From NCBI GenBank assembly GCA_963836755.1, contig CAWIKF010000002.1:1600001-1664000 (forward strand): 64,000 bases of DNA, given 5' to 3'. The notes below the pieces were generated by a model, which was not told the origin of the DNA, searched no databases, and saw nothing but the letters and a program-made list of their open reading frames with translations. A program made the translations under genes and the position numbers. Shown here piece by piece: positions 29,616 through 39,660 of this stretch (position 1 is its first letter; the number at the start of each line of letters is the position of its first letter). The stretch is from an uncultured Verrucomicrobiae bacterium (GTDB taxonomy: Bacteria; Verrucomicrobiota; Verrucomicrobiia; Chthoniobacterales; Chthoniobacteraceae).

Positions 29616-31073
29616 TTACGGTTCTTCGCCGGCAGCGACGGCGCGGTCTTCGAAGCGGGTGAAATCCTTGAGGAAAGTCAGCGCCACTTCGCCCGTCGGA
29701 CCATTGCGCTGCTTCGCGATGATGAGCGTGGCCTTGCCTTGCGCTTCCGTTTTTTCCTCATCGGTTTCGGCGTAATATTCTTCGCGCACGAGCAATCCGA
29801 CGACGTCGGCGTCCTGCTCGATCGTGCCTGATTCGCGCAAGTCGCTCAGCCGCGGGCGACCTTTGCTTTCGCCGGTGCGGTTTTCGGGATTACGATTGAG
29901 CTGAGCGAGGATCAAAATCGGAATCTGGAGTTCCTTCGCGAGTGCTTTGATTCCGCTCGAGATTTCCGCGATCTCGAGTTGACGGTTGTCCTGCGCGCGC
30001 CGCGAGGTTGAGCGGATCAATTGCAGATAATCGATGACGATGAGCTCAATCTTGTCCTGCGATTTCATGCGACGCGCTTTCGCACGCAATTCCAGGATCG
30101 ACAGGTTCGGAGTGTCATCGATGAAAAGTTTTGCCTCCGAAAACTTTGATGCCGCAGTCGTGAGATTTTTAAAATGAATGTCGGTGAGGAATCCCTCTTT
30201 GATCTTTTTCATGTTCACCTGCGCGCGTGAACAAATCAGCCGCTGCACGAGTTGCGAGGTGCTCATTTCCAGGCTGAAAACCGCGACCGGTTTCTTGAGA
30301 TCCACGGCCACATGCTCGGCGATGTTCATCGCGAGCGCCGTTTTGCCCATGCTCGGGCGCGCCGCGATGACGAACATCTCGCCGGCGTGCAGGCCATCGA
30401 CTCGCTCGTCGAGATCCTTGAAGCCGGTGGACAAGCCGGTGATTCCGCCGCGCCTTTCGTAAAGTTGCTCGATCGATTCCACGGCCTCCATCACGTGCTC
30501 TTTGATGCTCTTGACCTTATCCTTGAAACGTTCCTTCGCGATTTCGAAAATCTTTTGCTCCACCTGATCGAGCAGCCCGTGGACTTCCTCCTGCTCGTCG
30601 TAACTGCGCGCCGCGTATTCGGTGCAGGTGACGATGATGCGCCGCAGCGTGTGCTTTTCCTGGACGATCTCGATGTAATACGCGGCGTTCGCGGCGGTCG
30701 GGACGAACGTGAAAAGCTCCGCGACAAATGCCGCGCCGCCGACTTGATCGAGCCGGTTTTGGTCGAGCAATTTCTGCGTGACCGTTACGAGATCGACCGG
30801 GACGTTCTGATTCCACATTTGCTCGATCAGCTCGTAGAGCGTGGCGTGCGCGGGGACGTGGAACTGCGCGGCGCTCACGCCTTTCTCGACGCAGAGGCCG
30901 AAAACTTCCTTCGGCAAAAGCAGGATCGAGCCGAGGAGCGCGCGCTCCGCGTCGGGGCTCTGTGGCAATAACCTGTGAACATCCGGTAAATAAGTTACCT
31001 TTTGCTGAAGGTCACCGGCGGATTGCTTCCCGCCTTTGCTGGCCGGCTTCGCAGTGGAATCACTGGAGCCCAT
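29616..31073 (-). CDS. dnaB: Replicative DNA helicase
   Basis: AARPSMGKT, FSLEM, IDYLQL and SDLRESGTIEQDAD motifs. Confidence 0.97.
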   Translation of the reverse strand: MGSSDSTAKPASKGGKQSAGDLQQKVTYLPDVHRLLPQSPDAERALLGSILLLPKEVFGLCVEKGVSAAQFHVPAHATLYELIEQMWNQNVPVDLVTVTQKLLDQNRLDQVGGAAFVAELFTFVPTAANAAYYIEIVQEKHTLRRIIVTCTEYAARSYDEQEEVHGLLDQVEQKIFEIAKERFKDKVKSIKEHVMEAVESIEQLYERRGGITGLSTGFKDLDERVDGLHAGEMFVIAARPSMGKTALAMNIAEHVAVDLKKPVAVFSLEMSTSQLVQRLICSRAQVNMKKIKEGFLTDIHFKNLTTAASKFSEAKLFIDDTPNLSILELRAKARRMKSQDKIELIVIDYLQLIRSTSRRAQDNRQLEIAEISSGIKALAKELQIPILILAQLNRNPENRTGESKGRPRLSDLRESGTIEQDADVVGLLVREEYYAETDEEKTEAQGKATLIIAKQRNGPTGEVALTFLKDFTRFEDRAVAAGEEP

Positions 31074-31085
31074 GTGCGTGTCGGC

Positions 31086-31634
31086 CTACTTGCTGTGTCG
31101 CGCCTTTGGCTTCGCGCGAAAGCCGCGTTCCTTCGGCTCGTCAGCAGCAGCCTCAACGGCGGCCGGTTCTTCCGGCTGCGTCGCGGATTTGACCTGCACG
31201 TTTAATTTCGCGGTCACATCGTGATGCAGCTTGATCGGAATTTCATGCGCACCGGTGTCCTTGATCGGGCGGTCGAGCACGATTTTGTGCCGATCGATTG
31301 GCTGGCCCAGTTCCGCCTCGAGCTTGTCCGCGAGATCTTTCGCAGTGACTGATCCGAAGGCTTTTCCGGCCGCACCGGTTTCGAGCACGAGCGTGATTTT
31401 CAGCTTGTTGATTTTCCGCGCGAGTTCCTCGGCTTCGTTCAATTCCCGCGCTTCCCGCTCGGCGCGTTTGGCCTTCAGCTGGTTGAGTTTTTTCATCGCG
31501 ATCGGCGTGACTTCCAGCGCCTTGCTGTGCGGGATCAGAAAATTCCGCGCGAAGCCGGCTTTGACTTTGACGACGTCGGCTTCGGACCCGAGCCCGGGGA
31601 TGTTTTCGATGAGGATGACTTCTGTGGTTGCCAT
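31086..31634 (-). CDS. rplI: 50S ribosomal protein L9
   Basis: VKVKAGFARNFLIP and AFGSVT motifs. Adjacent to dnaB. Confidence 0.96.
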   Translation of the reverse strand: MATTEVILIENIPGLGSEADVVKVKAGFARNFLIPHSKALEVTPIAMKKLNQLKAKRAEREARELNEAEELARKINKLKITLVLETGAAGKAFGSVTAKDLADKLEAELGQPIDRHKIVLDRPIKDTGAHEIPIKLHHDVTAKLNVQVKSATQPEEPAAVEAAADEPKERGFRAKPKARHSK

Positions 31635-31694
31635 GATTGCTTTTCCGGATTTTGCGGGGTGGTTTAGTTAGCTTCGCGCGCGGGTGGTGTCAAC

Positions 31695-32933
31695 TTACAA
31701 ATTCATCTCGCGCAAGCGCCGCGCGGCTTCCTCGGCATTCGCGCGGCTGTTGAAAGCGGAGATGCGGAAAAATCCTTCGCCCGCGCTGCCAAAACCGCTG
31801 CCGGGCGTGACGACGATGCTGGCTTCCTCGAGCATCATGTCAAACATGTCCCAACTGCTGATGCCCGGCGGCGTGGCGACCCATATATATGGCGCATTTT
31901 CGCCGCCAAAAACTTCGAAGCCGCTCTCCGCGCACGCCTCGCGCAGGATTTGCGCATTGCACATGTAATGCTCGATCAGCGCGCGCACCTGCGCCCGGCC
32001 GTCCGGCGCGTAAAGCGCCTCGGCGCCCCGCTGCACCGGATAGCTGACGCCGTTAAACTTTGTGCTCATCCGCCGCGCCCAGAGCGGATGCAGCGGCCGC
32101 GCCTCGCCGTTGCGCGCGCGTGCCGTCAAACTTTTCGGCACCACGGTAAAAGCGCAGCGCACGCCGGTGAAGCCGCCGTTTTTTGAGAAAGAGCGAAACT
32201 CGATCGCGCAATCGCGCGCGCCGGGAATCTCGAAAATCGAATGCGGCAAACTTTCGTCCGCGATGTAAGCCTCGTAAGCCGCATCATAAAGAATGATCGC
32301 CTCGTGCTGCCGCGCGTAATCGACCCACGCCGCGAGCTGCTCGCGCGTCGCCGTCGCGCCGGTCGGGTTGTTCGGGTAACAGAGGTAAACGATGTCGACC
32401 TTGCGCTTTGGAATTTCCGGCACGAAGCCATTCGCCGATGTGCACGGCAGATAGGTCATCCCCTCGAACCCGCCGAGCTCGTTCCCCGGGCCGGTGTGGC
32501 CAGCCATGACATTCGTGTCGACATAAACCGGATACACCGGATCCATCACAGCGATTTCATTTTCGTGGCCGAAAATATCGAGGATGTTTCCGCAGTCGCA
32601 TTTCGAACCGTCGGAGACAAAAATTTCGTCGTCGGCGATCTCGATGCCGCGCGCGCGGAAATCATTTTCGGCAATCGCTGCGCGCAAAAATTCATAACCT
32701 TGCTCCGGTCCGTAACCGCGAAACGTCTCACGATGCGCCAGCTCATCGACCGCCTTGTGCATTGCCGCAATCGCAGCCGCCGGCAGCGGCTCGGTCACAT
32801 CGCCGATGCCGCAGCGAATCATCTTCGCAGCCGACTCGGGATGCGTTTCGCAAAAAGTCGCGACGCGCCGCGCGATTTCAGGAAACAAATAGCCGGCGCG
32901 CAACTTCAGAAAATTATCGTTGAGAAAAGCCAT
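31695..32933 (-). CDS. dapL: LL-diaminopimelate aminotransferase
   Basis: [35 protein letters not shown] and [12 protein letters not shown] motifs. Confidence 0.96.
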   Translation of the reverse strand: MAFLNDNFLKLRAGYLFPEIARRVATFCETHPESAAKMIRCGIGDVTEPLPAAAIAAMHKAVDELAHRETFRGYGPEQGYEFLRAAIAENDFRARGIEIADDEIFVSDGSKCDCGNILDIFGHENEIAVMDPVYPVYVDTNVMAGHTGPGNELGGFEGMTYLPCTSANGFVPEIPKRKVDIVYLCYPNNPTGATATREQLAAWVDYARQHEAIILYDAAYEAYIADESLPHSIFEIPGARDCAIEFRSFSKNGGFTGVRCAFTVVPKSLTARARNGEARPLHPLWARRMSTKFNGVSYPVQRGAEALYAPDGRAQVRALIEHYMCNAQILREACAESGFEVFGGENAPYIWVATPPGISSWDMFDMMLEEASIVVTPGSGFGSAGEGFFRISAFNSRANAEEAARRLREMNL

Positions 32934-33046
32934 CGTCGGAAAAAAGCAACGTTACAGATGAACATGGATGCTGTGCAAATGTGGAGCAAAACGTTTTCGC
33001 TCGAAAAATCGGGAACGCGCACGCACGTTGAGACACTTTTTTCCGC

Positions 33047-35050
33047 ATGGCGAGCTTTCGACTTTTTGACCTCAATCCCGAGCAGGAAAAGGCAGTTCGC
33101 GCGACCGAAGGCCCACTGCTGATTCTCGCCGGCGCGGGCACAGGCAAGACGCGCGTCATCACCGCACGCGTGGCATTTTTGCTCGCGCAGAACGTCGACC
33201 CGACGCACATCCTCGCGGTCACATTCACGAATAAAGCCGCGAAGGAAATGCGCGAGCGCCTCGCAACGATCGTCGAAAAAGAGCAGGCAAAAAAAGTGAC
33301 GATGTGCACTTTTCACGCGCTCTGCCTGCGCATCCTGCGCGGCGGCATCGACCGGCTCGGCTACAAAAACAATTTCAGCATTTACGACGAGGGCGACCAG
33401 CTCGGCTTAATCAAAAAAATCATCACGCGCACCGCGGCTCGCGATGAAAAACTCGATCCAAATCTCGCAAAGAACCTGATTAGCAAAGCGAAAAACAGCG
33501 GCTGGTCTGCGCCCGAAAATGAAGAAACCCTGATCGCAGCAGTGTTTGCGCGCTATCAGCTCGAGATGAAAAATCTGAACGCCGTCGATTTTGACGACCT
33601 GCTTTTGCTGACCGTGAAACTGCTGAACGAGCATCCGGAGGTTCGCGCGAAATGGCAGGAACGGTTCCGCTACCTCATGGTCGACGAATTTCAGGACACC
33701 AATAAGTTGCAGCTCGAGCTCGTGAGCTTGCTCGCCGATGCGAAAAAAAACGTGGCGGTCGTCGGCGATGATGACCAGTCGATCTACGGATGGCGCGGTG
33801 CAGACGTTTCGAACATTTTGGAATTCGAGCATCATTTTTCGAATCCGACGGTTGTTAAACTGGAGCAAAACTACCGTTCGACAAATGCGATTCTCGGCAC
33901 CGCGAATTCGTTGATTAAAAACAACCCGCGCCGCCGCGCGAAGGCGCTCTGGAGCGCGGGCGATGCGGGCGAGAACGTGCGTGTCATTCAGATGCCTGAC
34001 GATCGCGAGGAAGCAAAGTTTGTGATCGAAGACATCCAGCGCCGCAACTTCGCAGAAGGCGATCCGTGGGAAAGATTTGCCGTGCTTTACCGCATGAATG
34101 CGCAGTCTCGTTTGCTCGAGGAGAATCTTCGGCGGCTGAGCATTCCGTATCGGATCGTCGGTGGAAAAAGTTTCTTCGATCGCCGCGAGATCAAGGATTT
34201 GATCGCCTATGCGACCTGCCTCATCAACACGGACGACGACGTCAGTTTGCTGCGCATCATCAACACACCAGCGCGCGGCATCGGCGCATCGATCACAGAG
34301 CGTGCGCTGGCGCACAGTGTCGAGACGAAGTGCAGTTTGTTCGCTGCATTGCAGTCGGAATCTTTCCTTGAAACGATCAGCGCACGCGCCCGGAACGCGA
34401 TCTCGGAATTCGCAACGCTGCTCGATTCTTACGAGACGCGCATTCACACGCCGCTGACTGATCCGGCGGAAATTCTGCGCAACCTGATTGAGGAAACCGG
34501 CTACATCGCGGATCTGCGTCGCACCTGCAAAAGCAGTGATGAAGCCGATTCGCGGGCAAACAATGTCGCGGAAATGTTGACCGCGCTCACCCAATACCAG
34601 CAGCGGGCGAACGGCGGCCTGCAAGGTTTTCTCGACGAAGTTTCACTCGATCAAGATCGCGAAGAGGAAAAAAAAGATGATGGCCGCGGCATTACGCTCA
34701 TCACCTTGCACGCGGCAAAAGGTCTCGAGTTTCCGCACGTTTACCTGGTCGGGCTCGAAGAGGATCTGCTGCCGCACTCGCGTTCGAAGACGGAAGGGAC
34801 GGTCGATGAAGAACGACGGTTGTTATACGTCGGTATCACACGTGCGATGCGGGCGCTCACGCTCACGTGGTGTCGTCAGCGGATCAAATTTGGAAGCGTC
34901 GCGCCGTGTCATGCGAGTTCGTTCATCAAGGAGCTCGCGCCGGATTTGGTCGACCACGTCGACGTCGTAAAACTTCTCAACACGCCAGTCGCGGAAGGGA
35001 CGGCGCAAATGCGCTTCGCGCAGATGCGGGCTGCGTTAAAAGGAAACTAG
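33047..35050 (+). CDS. UvrD/Rep/PcrA family ATP-dependent DNA helicase
   Basis: AGAGTGKT, VDEFQDTN, VGDDDQSIYGWRGA, QNYRS, HAAKGLEF and EERRLLYVGITRA motifs. Confidence 0.95.
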   Translation: MASFRLFDLNPEQEKAVRATEGPLLILAGAGTGKTRVITARVAFLLAQNVDPTHILAVTFTNKAAKEMRERLATIVEKEQAKKVTMCTFHALCLRILRGGIDRLGYKNNFSIYDEGDQLGLIKKIITRTAARDEKLDPNLAKNLISKAKNSGWSAPENEETLIAAVFARYQLEMKNLNAVDFDDLLLLTVKLLNEHPEVRAKWQERFRYLMVDEFQDTNKLQLELVSLLADAKKNVAVVGDDDQSIYGWRGADVSNILEFEHHFSNPTVVKLEQNYRSTNAILGTANSLIKNNPRRRAKALWSAGDAGENVRVIQMPDDREEAKFVIEDIQRRNFAEGDPWERFAVLYRMNAQSRLLEENLRRLSIPYRIVGGKSFFDRREIKDLIAYATCLINTDDDVSLLRIINTPARGIGASITERALAHSVETKCSLFAALQSESFLETISARARNAISEFATLLDSYETRIHTPLTDPAEILRNLIEETGYIADLRRTCKSSDEADSRANNVAEMLTALTQYQQRANGGLQGFLDEVSLDQDREEEKKDDGRGITLITLHAAKGLEFPHVYLVGLEEDLLPHSRSKTEGTVDEERRLLYVGITRAMRALTLTWCRQRIKFGSVAPCHASSFIKELAPDLVDHVDVVKLLNTPVAEGTAQMRFAQMRAALKGN

Positions 35051-35053
35051 ACA

Positions 35054-35764
35054 ATGAACATCCACTGCTTTCAGCACGCGCCATTCGAGGGTCTCGGGAA
35101 AATCGAAGAGTGGATTCACGAGCAGGGTCACACTTTGACGACGACGCACTTTCATCTTGGCGAAGAACCGCCGGCGCTCGATTCGGTTGACTGGCTGATC
35201 GTCCTCGGCGGCGCGATGAATGTTTACGAATACCGCGCCTATCCGTGGCTGCGCGAGGAGAAGCGGTTTTTGGAAAAAGCGATCGAAACTGGCAGAGCTG
35301 TGCTTGGCATTTGTCTCGGCGCGCAGCTGATCGCCGATGTGCTTGGCGCAAAGGTTTACCAAAACCGTGAGATCGAGATTGGCTGGTGGCCGGTGCGTTT
35401 TCACGAAAGCGCCGCAACGATCGCGGCATTCAAAAAGTTTCCGCGCGAGCTTACACCGTTGCATTGGCACGGCGATACGTTCGATTTGCCGCCGGGCGCA
35501 CTCGCGATCGCTGAGAGTGACGGCTGCAAACATCAGGCGTTCGCGCTCGGCGAAAACATTGTCGGGCTGCAATTCCACATCGAGGTTCGCCATGAGGAAA
35601 TCACGGCGTTCGTCGAAGATTGCCGCGAGTCGGAGTCAAAGTTTGTGCAAACGCGCGAGCAGATTCTTGGAGGCGAAAGTCATCTAAGCGAGATCCACGG
35701 GGCGCTGCGCCATCTGCTCGAAAGCCTGGCGCAATCGATAGCGCCGAAAAAAAGCGAAGCCTGA
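35054..35764 (+). CDS. Type 1 glutamine amidotransferase domain protein
   Basis: GICLGAQL, WHGDTF and LQFHIE catalytic motifs. Confidence 0.9.
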   Translation: MNIHCFQHAPFEGLGKIEEWIHEQGHTLTTTHFHLGEEPPALDSVDWLIVLGGAMNVYEYRAYPWLREEKRFLEKAIETGRAVLGICLGAQLIADVLGAKVYQNREIEIGWWPVRFHESAATIAAFKKFPRELTPLHWHGDTFDLPPGALAIAESDGCKHQAFALGENIVGLQFHIEVRHEEITAFVEDCRESESKFVQTREQILGGESHLSEIHGALRHLLESLAQSIAPKKSEA

Positions 35765-35771
35765 ACGTTTG

Positions 35772-36950
35772 TCAAACGTTGAAGCGGAACTCAACGACGT
35801 CGCCGTCTTGCACGACGTATTCCTTGCCTTCGATCCGAAGCTTTCCAGCCTCGCGCGCCTTTGCGGATGAGCCGAGGCGGATCAAGTCGGCATAATGCAC
35901 GACTTCCGCGGCGATAAAGCCGCGTTCAAAATCGGTGTGAATCACGCCGGCGGCGGCGGGCGCCTTGTCGCCTGCGCGGATCGTCCAGGCGCGCGTCTCT
36001 TGTTCGCCAGTTGTCAAATAAGTGCGAAGCCCGAGCAAATGATAAACCGCGCGAATCAGTGAACCGACGCCACTGCCTTGCACGCCGAGATCTTTTAAAT
36101 ATTCCGCGGCTTCCTCGGCGGATAAATCGACGAGTTCGCTCTCGATCTGCGCGCTGATGACCACCGCTTCGGTCGCGAGATGCGCGCGGACGTAATCGCG
36201 CACAGCCTTCACGCAACGCGCCGCGGAGGTCTGCTCGCTCGCCTCGGTTTCATCGGCGGGCAGGCCGCCTTCCTGCTCGTCCATGTTTTCCAACTGCGCG
36301 GCGAGGCTTGCCAGATCAGCTTCCGCGACGTTGCAGGCAAACAGAACGGGCTTTGACGTCAGCAGAAAAAAGTCGCGCGCGATTTTGGTTTCCTCATCGG
36401 TCAGCGTCAAAGTGTTCGCCGGTTTTCCTTCGTTCAAATGCGGCAGCAATTTCTCGATCACAGCCGTCTCTGCCTTTGCAAGCTTGTCGCCGGCGCGCAC
36501 ATTTTTGTGAAGACGTTCCGCGCGCTTTTGCAACGCCGCCATGTCTGCAAGCACGAGTTCGGTGTTGATGACTTCGATGTCGCGAATCGGGTCGATCGAG
36601 CCGGCGACGTGATGGATGTCCGCGTCTTCAAAACAGCGGACGACCTGCACGATCGCGTGCACTTCGCGGATGTGGCTGAGAAATTGATTGCCGAGTCCTT
36701 CGCCTTCGCTCGCGCCTTTCACGAGCCCGGCGATGTCGACGAATTCGATCGCGGCGGGAACAAGTTTTTTTGAATGGGAAAGATCGGACAGCGCCTGCAG
36801 CCGCGGGTCGGGAACGATGACGATGCCTTGATTCGGATCGATCGTGCAGAACGGATAGTTCGCCGCCTGCGCCTTGCGCGTGCGTGTGACAGCGTTAAAC
36901 AGTGTGGATTTTCCGACGTTCGGGAGGCCGACGATTCCTGCGCTCAACAT
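35772..36950 (-). CDS. ychF: Redox-regulated ATPase YchF
   Basis: GLPNVGKSTLFN, ANYPFCTIDPN, DIAGLVKGAS and a C-terminal TGS domain. Confidence 0.96.
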   Translation of the reverse strand: MLSAGIVGLPNVGKSTLFNAVTRTRKAQAANYPFCTIDPNQGIVIVPDPRLQALSDLSHSKKLVPAAIEFVDIAGLVKGASEGEGLGNQFLSHIREVHAIVQVVRCFEDADIHHVAGSIDPIRDIEVINTELVLADMAALQKRAERLHKNVRAGDKLAKAETAVIEKLLPHLNEGKPANTLTLTDEETKIARDFFLLTSKPVLFACNVAEADLASLAAQLENMDEQEGGLPADETEASEQTSAARCVKAVRDYVRAHLATEAVVISAQIESELVDLSAEEAAEYLKDLGVQGSGVGSLIRAVYHLLGLRTYLTTGEQETRAWTIRAGDKAPAAAGVIHTDFERGFIAAEVVHYADLIRLGSSAKAREAGKLRIEGKEYVVQDGDVVEFRFNV

Positions 36951-36997
36951 AAGGCGGTGACGTTAGCCAACGCGCCGCAACGCCGCACGGGAAATTT

Positions 36998-37381
36998 TTA
37001 CTGCGGATAGTATTCCGGATATTTGAGGTCCTTGCGGAAAAACGCATCGACCGCGACGCCGACCCAATAAAGCGGCAGCACCAAAAATCCGAAGAACATG
37101 AAAAACGTGATGCTCCACAAAATGCACATCGCGCCGCCGAGCGCGAGGAACGCAGCGAGCTTCGTGTGGCCTTTGTAAAAATGTCCGGCGCCGGGCCAGA
37201 TGAAACTCAGGATCGCAGCAATGGGATCGCGCGGGTTGCGCGGTCGCGTCGGATCTTCACCCTCGGGCAATCGCACCCAGTCGCAGCGGCTGCATTCGTT
37301 GGGATTCTCGAGCGGCGCGTCGCAGAGCGGGCAGCGCGCGGGAGCGGTGGTCGCGGGGATTTGGGATTCGATGGCTGGCAT
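36998..37381 (-). CDS. Small membrane protein with N-terminal CxxC...CxxC zinc ribbon
   Basis: CPLC...CSRC followed by AAILSFIWPGAGHFYKG and hydrophobic helices. ATG at 37381. Confidence 0.7.
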   Translation of the reverse strand: MPAIESQIPATTAPARCPLCDAPLENPNECSRCDWVRLPEGEDPTRPRNPRDPIAAILSFIWPGAGHFYKGHTKLAAFLALGGAMCILWSITFFMFFGFLVLPLYWVGVAVDAFFRKDLKYPEYYPQ

Positions 37382-37439
37382 ATTGAAGTCTCCTCGCGCA
37401 AAATCTAAACCTGAAACGCGCCCCGCGGCAACTAAACTG

Positions 37440-38195
37440 ATGTCCACTCTTCGCAAGATCACGAGCCAACTCGACGACTTTCTCGACATCGCGAACATCG
37501 CGGACTGGCCGAATGCGCTCAACGGATTGCAGCTGGAAAATTCCGGCGCGGTGAAAAAAATCGGCGCGGCAGTCGATGCATGCGAACCAGTGATCGCGGA
37601 ATCGGCGTGGCGCGGCGTGAGTTTGCTGCTGGTGCATCATGGACTTTTTTGGCAGGGCGCGCAGCCGATTCGCGATGCGCTTCATCGCAAAATCAAAACA
37701 GCGCTCGATCACGACATCGCGATTTACAGCGCACATCTGCCGCTCGACGTGCATCCGCGCGTCGGCAACAACGCGCTGCTCTGCGCGGCGCTCGGCTTTA
37801 AAGAAACGGAGCCATTCTTTTTTGAAAAAGGTCGACATCTCGGCTTGCGCACTCACGCGCCGCAAAGTCGCGCACAACTCGCGAAGCGGCTTGAACAGAC
37901 GCTTGGCGGGCCGGTGCGTGTTTGCGCTGGCGGACCGGAACGCGTGGCGCGCATCGGTGTGGTCACTGGCGGCGCAGGCGCGGAAATCTACAAAGCGGCG
38001 GGCGAGGGGATCGATACTTTCATCACGGGCGAAGGGCCGCACTGGAGCTTTACGGCGGCGGAGGAGCTTGGCGTCAATGTTTTCTACGGCGGGCATTACG
38101 CGACCGAAACATTTGGCGTGAAAGCGCTCGCCGCGCATCTTTCAAAAAAATGGAAACTGCCGTGGGAATTTCTCGATCATCCGACGGGACTTTGA
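37440..38195 (+). CDS. Nif3-like dinuclear metal centre protein (YbgI family)
   Basis: NGLQLE, VHHGLFW, HLPLDVH, FITGE and GHYATE motifs. ATG at 37440. Confidence 0.93.
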   Translation: MSTLRKITSQLDDFLDIANIADWPNALNGLQLENSGAVKKIGAAVDACEPVIAESAWRGVSLLLVHHGLFWQGAQPIRDALHRKIKTALDHDIAIYSAHLPLDVHPRVGNNALLCAALGFKETEPFFFEKGRHLGLRTHAPQSRAQLAKRLEQTLGGPVRVCAGGPERVARIGVVTGGAGAEIYKAAGEGIDTFITGEGPHWSFTAAEELGVNVFYGGHYATETFGVKALAAHLSKKWKLPWEFLDHPTGL

Positions 38196-38806
38196 CGGAC
38201 GCGCTGCCGCGCACTTTTTTCCAACGCGATCCGGTGACGTGCGCGCGCGAGCTGATCGGCTGCGAGCTCGTCTGGAATGACTGCGCGGGAATCGTGGTGG
38301 AAACGGAAGCTTACGCGGCGATCAACGACGAAGCCTGCCACACATTTCGCCGGCCGAGCGCACGGGAGTTCATCGCGCGGCATGAGGCGGGCGCGGCTTA
38401 CGTTTATTTTAATTACGGCATGCACTGGATGCTGAACGTGCTCGTGAAAAACGGGACGGAAGATGGATTCGTGCTTCTGCGCGCGCTCGAGCCGACGCGC
38501 GGGATCGACCGAATGCGGCAACGACGCAGGTCAAAGTTTAAAACGGAATATTCGCTGCTCGCGCTTTGCTCCGGGCCCGGAAAATTGGCGCAGGCGCTCG
38601 CTGTGAACGGCAGCGATCACGGGCGCGATTTGTGCGCAGGAGAAATGATGCGCTTTTCCAAAAGTTTGACCGACGTAAACGCGGTGAGCGATGTGCGCAT
38701 CGGAATCTCAAAGGCTGCGCATCTGCCGTGGCGGTTTCTTTTTCCCGGCAGCGAATTCATCAGCGTGAAACCGCGCACTTGCATCAAAGTTCGCCGCAAA
38801 AAATAA
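38192..38806 (+). CDS. DNA-3-methyladenine glycosylase (MPG/AAG family)
   Basis: IVVETEAY, YVYFNYGMHWMLN, LLRALEP, SGPGKL and RIGIS motifs. TTG start overlaps the upstream stop. Confidence 0.92.
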   Translation: MTDALPRTFFQRDPVTCARELIGCELVWNDCAGIVVETEAYAAINDEACHTFRRPSAREFIARHEAGAAYVYFNYGMHWMLNVLVKNGTEDGFVLLRALEPTRGIDRMRQRRRSKFKTEYSLLALCSGPGKLAQALAVNGSDHGRDLCAGEMMRFSKSLTDVNAVSDVRIGISKAAHLPWRFLFPGSEFISVKPRTCIKVRRKK

Positions 38807-38841
38807 AAAGGCCAGACCGGGTTGCCCACGGTCTGGCCTTT
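38807..38841. terminator. Intrinsic terminator, probably bidirectional
   Basis: Perfect 13-bp stem AAAGGCCAGACCG/CGGTCTGGCCTTT with a 9-nt loop, between convergent genes. A long T-run follows on the minus strand. Confidence 0.85.
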
Positions 38842-38853
38842 AAAATGGCCGTG

Positions 38854-38973
38854 TTACTTCGAATAGGTCGAATGATGGCTCATGGTCGAGGAGCTGCTTG
38901 CCTCTTCTTTGTGAGCACAAGCGCTCAGGCCGACGACGGCTGCTGCGACTGCAATGATGGTGAGAATTTTCAT
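38854..38973 (-). CDS. Small 39-aa lipoprotein (absent from the ORF track)
   Basis: MKILTIIAVAAAVVGLSAC-AHKEEASSSSTMSHHSTYSK with a lipobox LSAC. AAAGGAGG lies 12 nt upstream and a terminator lies downstream. Confidence 0.85.
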   Translation of the reverse strand: MKILTIIAVAAAVVGLSACAHKEEASSSSTMSHHSTYSK

Positions 38974-38985
38974 GGATGAATTTCG

Positions 38986-38993
38986 CCTCCTTT
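38986..38993 (-). promoter_or_regulatory. Strong Shine-Dalgarno site for the small lipoprotein
   Basis: AAAGGAGG on the minus strand. Confidence 0.75.
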
Positions 38994-39087
38994 CTTTAGC
39001 GTGTTGCTGGTTTGGTTCTATGCTGATTTGTTTAAACGAAACAACGGATTTGTTTCCGTTTTGTCGTTTATTCGCCGGTTCGGCTCA

Positions 39088-39549
39088 TCATGGCTGTATG
39101 ACGACTGGCGTGCCGGGGTCGACGGCGTCGAAAAGCGTGATGATGTCGACGTTGCTCATTCGCACGCAGCCGTGGCTGGCGGGCGTGCCGATGTCGCGCT
39201 CGTGATTCGTGCCGTGAATGTAGATGTAGCGCTCGCGCGTGTTTGCGTTTTCTGGGTCGAGTCCCTCGAGCCACAAAATGCGCGTCTGCACGTGATCGTC
39301 CGGCTGGTCGTCGCTCCCGAATTCGCCCGTCGGCACGCGACCTTTGAAAATCATTCCCGCAGCTGCGCCGTCGCCTAATTTTTCAGCGACGACGAAGTTT
39401 CCGAGCGGCGTGCGGAAGCTTCCGGGTTCGGTGCCGATGCCGAACTTTGAAGTCGAGACGGGAAAAGTTTGGCAAACATTCTCGCCATCGCGCAGCTCGA
39501 GAATCTGCCGCTCGACGCTGATGTGGATGGAGCGATTCGGCGCCTGCAT
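39088..39549 (-). CDS. L,D-transpeptidase (YkuD family)
   Basis: FPVSTS, RTPLG and YIHGT...ASHGCVRM catalytic motif. Probable ATG at 39549. Confidence 0.92.
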   Translation of the reverse strand: MQAPNRSIHISVERQILELRDGENVCQTFPVSTSKFGIGTEPGSFRTPLGNFVVAEKLGDGAAAGMIFKGRVPTGEFGSDDQPDDHVQTRILWLEGLDPENANTRERYIYIHGTNHERDIGTPASHGCVRMSNVDIITLFDAVDPGTPVVIQP

Positions 39550-39660
39550 TTTCCATACATTGCACGCTGCGGCTCGATTTTGAAAGCACGCGAGCACGCC
39601 CGAACTTTTTTCGCGACAAAGCATTTACAGCGTTCGTTCCTCCGCTAATGTTCGCACTTC

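Noticed and set aside
33407..34624. 405-aa antisense ORF inside the helicase, and many similar shadow ORFs
   Set aside because: It lies fully opposite a well-conserved gene, which is expected from codon bias in GC-rich DNA, and has no motifs.
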